In this document: one piece after another, positions 54,801 to 64,000 of the stretch
Layout of the letters: every line of letters begins with the position of its first letter
Position numbering within the stretch: position 1 is the stretch's first letter
NCBI RefSeq assembly: GCF_964355755.1
Contig: NC_092677.1
Coordinates: 20,668,101-20,732,100 of the forward strand
Length of the DNA: 64,000 nt
Direction of reading: 5' to 3'
Origin: Antedon mediterranea
Lineage: Eukaryota > Animalia > Echinodermata
The notes under the pieces: generated by a model
Seen by the model: only the letters and a program-made list of their open reading frames with translations
Database searches by the model: none
Told to the model about the DNA's origin: nothing
Program-made: the position numbers and the translations under genes

Positions 54801-56989
54801 GCTTAAAATCACATTAGAAACCGTTTTAGACCATTTTGAGCATTTCGTTAAAACTTTTCACACAAAAACATCAAAGTCCACAAAATAGCTTAATATCGTA
54901 TTTAAAAACGTTTTAGACCATTTTGAGCATTTCGAAAAAACTTTTCCACACAAAACATCAAAGTTTACAAAATAGCTTCAAATCGCATTTGGAGACGTTT
55001 TAGACCATTTTGTGATTTTCGTAAAAACTTGTTAACATAAAAACACCAAAGTGCTTAGAAAAGCTTCAAATCGCATTTGGAGACGTTTTAGACCATTTTG
55101 TGCATTTCGATGAAACTTGGTTACACAAAAACATCAAAGTGCTTAAAATCACATTTTGAACATTTCGTTAAAAGTTTTCACACAAAAACATCAAAGAGTA
55201 AAAAATAGCTTAATATCGTATTTAAAAACGTTTTAGACCATTTTGAGCATTTCGAAAAAACTTTTCCACACAAAACATCAAAGTTTACAAAATAGCTTCA
55301 AATCGCATTTGGAGACGTTTTAGACCATTTTGTGATTTTCGAAAAAACTTGTTAACATAAAAACACCAAAGTGCTCAGAATACCTTCAAATCGCATTTGG
55401 AGACGTTTTAGACCATTTTGTGATTTTCGAAAAAACTTGTTAACATAAAAACACCAAGTGCTCAGAAAAGCTTCAAATCGCATTTGGAGACGTTTTAAAC
55501 CATTTTGTTCATTTCGATGAAACTTGGTTACACAAAAACATCAAAGAGCACAAAAGTATTTAAAAACGTTTTAGACCATTTTGAGCATTCCGACAAAACT
55601 TTTTCACACAAAACTTCAAAGTGTACAGAATAGCTTTAAATCGCATTTGGAGACGTTTTAGACCATTTTGTAGTTTTCGAAAAAACTTGTTAACATAAAA
55701 ACACAAAAGAGCTTCAAATCGCATTTGGAGACGTTTTAGACCCTTTTGTGCATTTCGATGAAACTTGGTTACACAAAAACATCAAAGTGCTTAAAATCAC
55801 ATTAGAAACCGTTTTAGACCATTTTGAGCATTTCGTTAAAACTTTTAACACAAAAACATCAAAGTCCACAAAATAGCTTAATATCGTATTTAAAAACGTT
55901 TTAGACAATTTTGAGCATTTCGAAAAAACTTTTTCACACAAAACATCAAAGTTTACAAAATAGCTTCAAATCGCATTTGGAGACGTTTTAGACCATTTTG
56001 TGATTTTCGAAAAAACTTGTTAACATAAAAACACCAAAGTGCTCAGAATACCTTCAAATCGCATTTTGAGACGTTTTAGACCATTTTGTTCATTTCGATG
56101 AAACAAAAACACAAAAACATCAAATTGCACAAAATGGCTTAATATGATATGGGAAAACGTTTTAGACCATTTTGAACATTTCGTTAAAAGTTTTCACACA
56201 AAAACATCAAAGTCCACAAAATAGCTTAATATCGTATTTAAAAACGTTTTAGACCATTTTGAGCATTTCGAAAAAACTTTTCCACACAAAACATCAAAGT
56301 TTACAAAATAGCTTCAAATCGCATTTGGAGACGTTTTAGACCATTTTGTGATTTTCGAAAAAACTTGTTAACATAAAAACACAAAAGTGCTCAGAATACC
56401 TTCAAATCGCATTTGGAGACGTTTTAGACCATTTTGTGATTTTCGAAAAAACTTGTTTACATAAAAACACCAAAGTGCTTAGAAAAGCTTCAAATCGCAT
56501 TTGGAGACGTTTTAAACCATTTTGTTCATTTCGATGAAACTTGGTTACACAAAAACATCAAAGAGCACAAAAGTATTTAAAAACGTTTTAGACCATTTTG
56601 AGCATTCCGACAAAACTTTTTCACACAAAACATCAAAGTGTACAGAATAGCTTTAAATCGCATTTGGAGACGTTTTAGACCATTTTGTAGTTTTCGAAAA
56701 AACTTGTTAACATAAAAACACAAAAGAGCTTCAAATCGCATTTGGAGACGTTTTAGACCCTTTTGTGCATTTCGATGAAACTTGGTTACACAAAAACATC
56801 AAAGTGCTTAAAATCACATTAGAAACCGTTTTAGACCATTTTGAGCATTTCGTTAAAACTTTTCACACAAAAACATCAAAGTCCACAAAATAGCTTAATA
56901 TCGTATTCAAAAACGTTTTAGACCATTTTGAGCATTTCGAAAAAACTTTTTCACACAAAACATCAAAGTTTACAAAATAGCTTCAAATC

Positions 56990-59900
56990 GCATTTGGAGA
57001 CGTTTTAGACCATTTTGTGATTTTCGAAAAAACTTGTTAACATAAAAACACCAAAGTGCTCAGAATACCTTCAAATCGCATTTTGAGACGTTTTAGACCA
57101 TTTTGTGATTTTCGAAAAAACAACATAAAAACACCAAAGTGCTCAGAATACCTTCAAATCGCATTTGGAGACGTTTTAGACCATTTTGTGATTTTGGAAA
57201 AAACTTGTTAACATAAAAACACCAAAGTGCTCAGAATACCTTCAAATCGTATTTTGAGACGTTTTAGACAATTTTGTGATTTTCGAAAAAACTTGTTAAC
57301 ATAAAAACACCAAAGTGCTTAGAAAAGCTTCAAATCGCATTTGGAGACGTTTTAGACCATTTTGTGCATTTCGATGAAACTTGGTTACACAAAAACATCA
57401 AAGTGTACAGAATAGCTTCAAATCGCATTAGAAACCGTTTTAGACCATTTTGAGCATTTCGAAAAAACTTTTTCACACAAAACATCAAAGTGTACAAAAT
57501 AGCTTCAAATCGCATTTGGAGACGTTTTAGACAATTTTGTGATTTTCGAAAAAACTTGTTTACATAAAAACACCAAAGTGCTAAGAATAGCTTCCAATCG
57601 CATTTGGAGACGTTTTAGACCCTTTTGTGCATTTCGATGAAACTTGGTTACACAAAAACATCAAAGTGCTTAAAATCACATTAGAAACCGTTTTAGACCA
57701 TTTTGAGCATTTCGTTAAAATTTTTCACAGAAAAACATCAAAGAGCAAAAAATAGCTTAATATCGTATTTAAAAACGTTTTAGACCATTTTGAGCATTTC
57801 GACAAAACTTTTTCACACAAAACATCAAAGTGTACAGAATAGCTTCAAATCGCATTTGGAGACGTTTTAACCCATTTTGAGCATTTCGATAAAATTTTAC
57901 ACACAAAAACATCAAAGTGCACAAAATAGCTTAATATGGTATTTAAAAACGTTTTAGAACATTTTGAGCATTTCAACAAAACTTTTTCTCACAAAACATC
58001 AAAGTGTACAGAATAGCTTCAAATCGCATTTGGAGACGTTTTAGACCATTTTGTGCATTTCGATGAAACTTGGTTACACAAAAACATCAAAGTGCTTAAA
58101 ATCACATTTTGAGCATTTCGTTAAAACTTTTCACACAAAAACATCAAAGAGTAAAAAATAGCTTAATATCGTATTTAAAAACGTTTTAGACCATTTTGAG
58201 CATTTCGACAAAATTTTTTCACACAAAACATCAAAGTGTACAGAATAGCTTTAAATCGCATTTGGAGACGTTTTAGACCATTTTGTTAATTTCGATGAAA
58301 CAAAAACACAAAAACATCAAATTGCACAAAATGGCTTAATATGATATGGGAAAACGTTTTAGACCATTTTGAACATTTCGTTAAAAGTTTTCACACAAAA
58401 ACATCAAAGTCCACAAAATAGCTTAATATCGTATTTAAAAACGTTTTAGACCATTTTGAGCATTTCGAAAAAACTTTTTCACACAAAACATCAAAGTTTA
58501 CAAAATAGCTTCAAATCGCATTTGGAGACGTTTTAGACCATTTTGTGATTTTCGAAAAAACTTGTTAACATAAAAACACCAAAGTGCTCAGAATACCTTC
58601 AAATCGCATTTTGAGACGTTTTAGACCATTTTGTGATTTTCGAAAAAACTTGTTAATATAAAAACACCAAAGTGCTCAGAATACCTTCAAATCGTGTTTT
58701 GAGACGTTTTAGACCCTTTTGTGATTTTCGAAAAAACTTGTTAACATAAAAACACCAAAGTGCTCAGAATACCTTCAAATCGAATTTTGAGACGTTTTAG
58801 ACCATTTTGTGATTTTCGAAAAAACTTGTTAACATAAAAACACCAAAGTGCTCAGAATACCTTCAAATCGTGTTTTGAGACGTTTTAGACCATTTTGTGA
58901 TTTTCGAAAAAACTTGTTAACATAAAAACACCAAAGTGCTTAGAAAAGCTTCAAATCGCATTTGGAGACGTTTTAGACCATTTTGTTCATTTCGATGAAA
59001 CTTGGTTACACAAAAACATCAAAGAGCACAAAAGATCTTAATATCGTAATTAAAAACGTTTTAGACCATTTTGAGCATTTCGAAAAAACTTTTTCACACA
59101 AAACATCAAAGTGTACAAAATAGCTTCAAATCGCATTTTGAGACGTTTTAGACAATTTTGTGATTTTCGAAAAAACTTGTTTACATAAAAACACCAAAGT
59201 GCTTAGAAAAGCTTCAAATCGCATTTGGAGACGTTTTAGACCATTTTGTGCATTTCGATGAAACTTGGTTACACAAAAACATCAAAGTGCTTAAAATCAC
59301 ATTTTGAGCATTTCGTTAAAACTTTTCACACAAAAACATCAAAGTCCACAAAATAGCTTAATATCGTATTTAAAAACGTTTTAGACCATTTTGAGCATTT
59401 CGAAAAAACTTTTCCACACAAAACATCAAAGTTTACAAAATAGCTTCAAATCGCATTTGGAGACGTTTTAGACCATTTTGTGATTTTCGAAAAAACTTGA
59501 TAACATAAAAACACCAAAGTGCTCAGAATACCTTCAAATCGTGTTTTGAGACGTTTTAGACCATTTTGTAATTTTCGAAAAAACTTGTTAACATAAAAAC
59601 ACCAAAGTGCTCAGAATACCTTCACATCGCATTTTGAGACGTTTTAGACCATTTTGTGATTTTCGAAAAAACTTGTTAACATAAAAACACCAAAGTGCTT
59701 AGAAAAGCTTGAAATCGCATTTGGAGACGTTTTAGACCATTTTGTGCATTTCGATGAAACTTGGTTACACAAAAACATCAAAGTGCTTAAAATCACATTT
59801 TGAGCATTTCGTTAAAACTTTTCACACAAAAACATCAAAGAGTAAAAAATAGCTTAATATCGTATTTAAAAACGTTTTAGACCATTTTGAGCATTTCGAC

Positions 59901-62900
59901 AAAATTTTTTCACACAAAACATCAAAGTGTACAGAATAGCTTTAAATCGCATTTGGAGACGTTTTAGACCATTTTGTTCATTTCGATGAAACAAAAACAC
60001 AAAAACATCAAATTGCACAAAATGGCTTAATATGATATGGGAAAACGTTTTAGACCATTTTGAACATTTCGTTAAAAGTTTTCACAAAAAAACATCAAAG
60101 TCCAAAAAATAGCTTAATATCGTATTTAAAAACGTTTTAGACAATTTTGAGCATTTCGAAAAAACTTTTTCACACAAAACATCAAAGTTTACAAAATAGC
60201 TTCAAATCGCATTTGGAGACGTTTTAGACCATTTTGTGATTTTCGAAAAAACTTGTTAACATAAAAACACCAAAGTGCTCAGAATACCTTCAAATCGCAT
60301 TTGGAGACGTTTTAGACCATTTTGTGATTTTCGAAAAAACTTGTTAACATAAAAACACCAAAGTGCTCAGAATACCTTCAAATCGCATTTTGAGACGTTT
60401 TAGACCATTTTGTGATTTTCGAAAAAACAACATAAAAACACCAAAGTGCTCAGAATACCTTCAAATCGCATTTGGAGACGTTTTAGACCATTTTGTGATT
60501 TTGGAAAAAACTTGTTAACATAAAAACACCAAAGTGCTCAGAATACCTTCAAATCGTATTTTGAGACGTTTTAGACAATTTTGTGATTTTCGAAAAAACT
60601 TGTTAACATAAAAACACCAAAGTGCTTAGAAAAGCTTCAAATCGCATTTGGAGACGTTTTAGATCATTTTGTGCATTTCGATGAAACTTGGTTACACAAA
60701 AACATCAAAGTGTACAGAATAGCTTCAAATCGCATTAGAAACCGTTTTAGACCATTTTGAGCATTTCGAAAAAACTTTTTCACACAAAACATCAAAGTGT
60801 ACAAAATAGCTTCAAATCGCATTTGGAGACGTTTTAGACAATTTTGTGATTTTCGAAAAAACTTGTTTACATAAAAACACCAAAGTGCTAAGAATAGCTT
60901 CCAATCGCATTTGGAGACGTTTTAGACCCTTTTGTGCATTTCGATGAAACTTGGTTACACAAAAACATCAAAGTGCTTAAAATCACATTAGAAACCGTTT
61001 TAGACCATTTTGAGCATTTCGTTAAAATTTTTCACAGAAAAACATCAAAGAGCAAAAAATAGCTTAATATCGTATTTAAAAACGTTTTAGACCATTTTGA
61101 GCATTTCGACAAAACTTTTTCACACAAAACATCAAAGTGTACAGAATAGCTTCAAATCGCATTTGGAGACGTTTTAACCCATTTTGAGCATTTCGATAAA
61201 ATTTTACACACAAAAACATCAAAGTGCACAAAATAGCTTAATATGGTATTTAAAAACGTTTTAGAACATTTTGAGCATTTCAACAAAACTTTTTCTCACA
61301 AAACATCAAAGTGTACAGAATAGCTTCAAATCGCATTTGGAGACGTTTTAGACCATTTTGTGCATTTCGATGAAACTTGGTTACACAAAAACATCAAAGT
61401 GCTTAAAATCACATTTTGAGCATTTCGTTAAAACTTTTCACACAAAAACATCAAAGAGTAAAAAATAGCTTAATATCGTATTTAAAAACGTTTTAGACCA
61501 TTTTGAGCATTTCGACAAAATTTTTTCACACAAAACATCAAAGTTTACAGAATAGCTTTAAATCGCATTTGGAGACGTTTTAGACCATTTTGTTAATTTC
61601 GATGAAACAAAAACACAAAAACATCAAATTGCACAAAATGGCTTAATATGATATGGGAAAACGTTTTAGACCATTTTGAACATTTCGTTAAAAGTTTTCA
61701 CACAAAAACATCAAAGTCCACAAAATAGCTTAATATCGTATTTAAAAACGTTTTAGACCATTTTGAGCATTTCGAAAAAACTTTTTCACACAAAACATCA
61801 AAGTTTACAAAATAGCTTCAAATCGCATTTGGAGACGTTTTTAGACCATTTTGTGATTTTCGAAAAAACTTGTTAACATAAAAACACCAAAGTGCTCAGA
61901 ATACCTTCAAATCGCATTTTGAGACGTTTTAGACCATTTTGTGATTTTCGAAAAAACTTGTTAATATAAAAACACCAAAGTGCTCAGAATACCTTCAAAT
62001 CGTGTTTTGAGACGTTTTAGACCATTTTGTGATTTTCGAAAAAACTTGTTAACATAAAAACACCAAAGTGCTCAGAATACCTTCAAATCGAATTTTGAGA
62101 CGTTTTAGACCATTTTGTGATTTTCGAAAAAACTTGTTAACATAAAAACACCAAAGTGCTCAGAATACCTTCAAATCGTGTTTTGAGACGTTTTAGACCA
62201 TTTTGTGATTTTCGAAAAAACTTGTTAACATAAAAACACCAAAGTGCTTAGAAAAGCTTCAAATCGCATTTGGAGACGTTTTAGACCATTTTTTTCATTT
62301 CGATGAAACTTGGTTACACAAAAACATCAAAGAGCACAAAAGATCTTAATATCGTAATTAAAAACGTTTTAGACCATTTTGAGCATTTCGAAAAAACTTT
62401 TTCACACTAAACATCAAAGTGTACAAAATAGCTTCAAATCGCATTTTGAGACGTTTTAGACAATTTTGTGATTTTCGAAAAAACTTGTTTACATAAAAAC
62501 ACCAAAGTGCTTAGAAAAGCTTCAAATCGCATTTGGAGACGTTTTAGACCATTTTGTGCATTTCGATGAAACTTGGTTACACAAAAACATCAAAGTGCTT
62601 AAAATCACATTTTGAGCATTTCGTTAAAACTTTTCACACAAAAACATCAAAGTCCACAAAATAGTTTAATATCGTATTTAAAAACGTTTTAGACCATTTT
62701 GAGCATTTCGAAAAAACTTTTCCACACAAAACATCAAAGTTTACAAAATAGCTTCAAATCGCATTTGGAGACGTTTTAGACCATTTTGTGATTTTCGAAA
62801 AAACTTGATAACATAAAAACACCAAAGTGCTCAGAATACCTTCAAATCGTGTTTTGAGACGTATTAGACCATTTTGTAATTTTCGAAAAAACTTGTTAAC

Positions 62901-63610
62901 ATAAAAACACCAAAGTGCTCAGAATACCTTCACATCGCATTTTGAGACGTTTTAGACCATTTTGTGATTTTCGAAAAAACTTGTTAACATAAAAACACCA
63001 AAGTGCTTAGAAAAGCTTGAAATCGCATTTGGAGACGTTTTAGACCATTTTGTGCATTTCGATGAAACTTGGTTACACAAAAACATCAAAGTGCTTAAAA
63101 TCACATTTTGAGCATTTCGTTAAAACTTTTCACACAAAAACATCAAAGAGTAAAAAATAGCTTAATATCGTATTTAAAAACGTTTTAGACCATTTTGAGC
63201 ATTTCGACAAAATTTTTTCACACAAAACATCAAAGTGTACAGAATAGCTTTAAATCGCATTTGGAGACGTTTTAGACCATTTTGTTCATTTCGATGAAAC
63301 AAAAACACAAAAACATCAAATTGCACAAAATGGCTTAATATGATATGGGAAAACGTTTTAGACCATTTTGAACATTTCGTTAAAAGTTTTAACAAAAAAA
63401 CATCAAAGTCCAAAAAATAGCTTAATATCGTATTTAAAAACGTTTTAGACAATTTTGAGCATTTCGAAAAAACTTTTTCACACAAAACATCAAAGTTTAC
63501 AAAATAGCTTCAAATCGCATTTGGAGACGTTTTAGACCATTTTGTGATTTTCGAAAAAACTTGTTAACATAAAAACACCAAAGTGCTCAGAATACCTTCA
63601 AATCGCATTT
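56990..63610. repeat. Tandem 3307/3308-bp duplication
   Basis: Shared rare variants ATTTTGGAAA (57196/60503), TTAATATAAAAAC, TCGAATTTTG (58781/62089), CGTAATTAAAA (59045/62353) and GTCCAAAAAAT. A 1-bp T insertion near 61840 shifts the offset from 3307 to 3308. Confidence 0.9.
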
Positions 63611-64000
63611 TGAGACGTTTTAGACCATTTTGTGATTTTCGAAAAAACTTGTTAACATAAAAACACCAAAGTGCTCAGAATACCTTCAAATCGTGTTTTG
63701 AGACGTTTTAGACCATTTTGTGATTTTGGAAAAACTTGTTAACATAAAAACACCAAAGTGCTCAGAATACCTTCAAATCGCATTTGGAGACGTTTTAGAC
63801 CATTTTGTGATTTTCGAAAAAACTTGTTAACATAAAAACACCAAAGTGCTCAGAAAAGCTTCAAATCGCAATTGGAGACGTTTTAAACCATTTTGTTCAT
63901 TTCGATGAAACTTGGTTACACAAAAACATCAAATTGCACAAAATGGCTTAATATGGTATGGGAAAACGTTTTAGACCATTTTGAACATTTCGAGAAAACT

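Larger units (their letters stand above)
16191..64000. repeat. Satellite DNA array, same 87-88 bp family (right arm, runs off the window end)
   Basis: Same monomer variants and same orientation as the left arm. The array resumes in register at TTAATATCGTATTTAAAAACG (16191). No other foreign sequence or inversion was seen. Confidence 0.99.

Noticed and set aside
1962-63485. Short ORFs (61-103 aa) within the satellite on both strands
   Set aside because: They are translations of the monomer: internally repetitive (LDHFEHF, SKCSKWSKT, RNAQNGLKR), recurring at the duplication offsets, several with non-ATG starts, and with no recognisable domain.
1-64000. CRISPR-like pattern of a constant CGTTTTAGACCATTTTG with variable intervening sequence (GTTTTAGA also begins some Cas9-type repeats)
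   Set aside because: The intervening segments are homologous to each other and reused many times rather than being unique spacers, and there are no cas genes. This is a satellite.
1-64000. Telomeric repeat or orientation switch within the array
   Set aside because: There is no short G-rich tandem unit, and the reverse-complement anchor (CAAAATGGTCTAAAACG) was not seen on the + strand.

Overview
Non-coding, eukaryotic-type satellite DNA. About 98% of the window (1-14792 and 16191-64000) is one uninterrupted head-to-tail array of an AT-rich (about 30% GC) 87-88 bp monomer, all in one orientation. The monomer occurs as several discrete variants chained into recurring modules and nested kilobase-scale tandem duplications (periods 614, 1268, 5350, 2486, 1899, 5609, 2171, 702 and 3307 bp), so it resembles a centromeric or pericentromeric array with variable higher-order repeats. 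The only non-satellite DNA is a 1398-bp non-autonomous DNA transposon (14793-16190) with flanking TTAA, AG...CT termini and 18-bp imperfect terminal inverted repeats (TIRs), the signature of the Kolobok superfamily rather than piggyBac. The most notable observation is that this element sits where a 1268-bp block of the 6618-bp higher-order unit is missing. Also notable: most recurrent monomer deletions are 10 or 20 bp, and homogeneous runs alternate as a 176-bp dimer. No credible protein-coding or RNA gene was found, and the supplied ORFs look spurious. All alignments were done by eye, so block boundaries are approximate and the organism cannot be identified.
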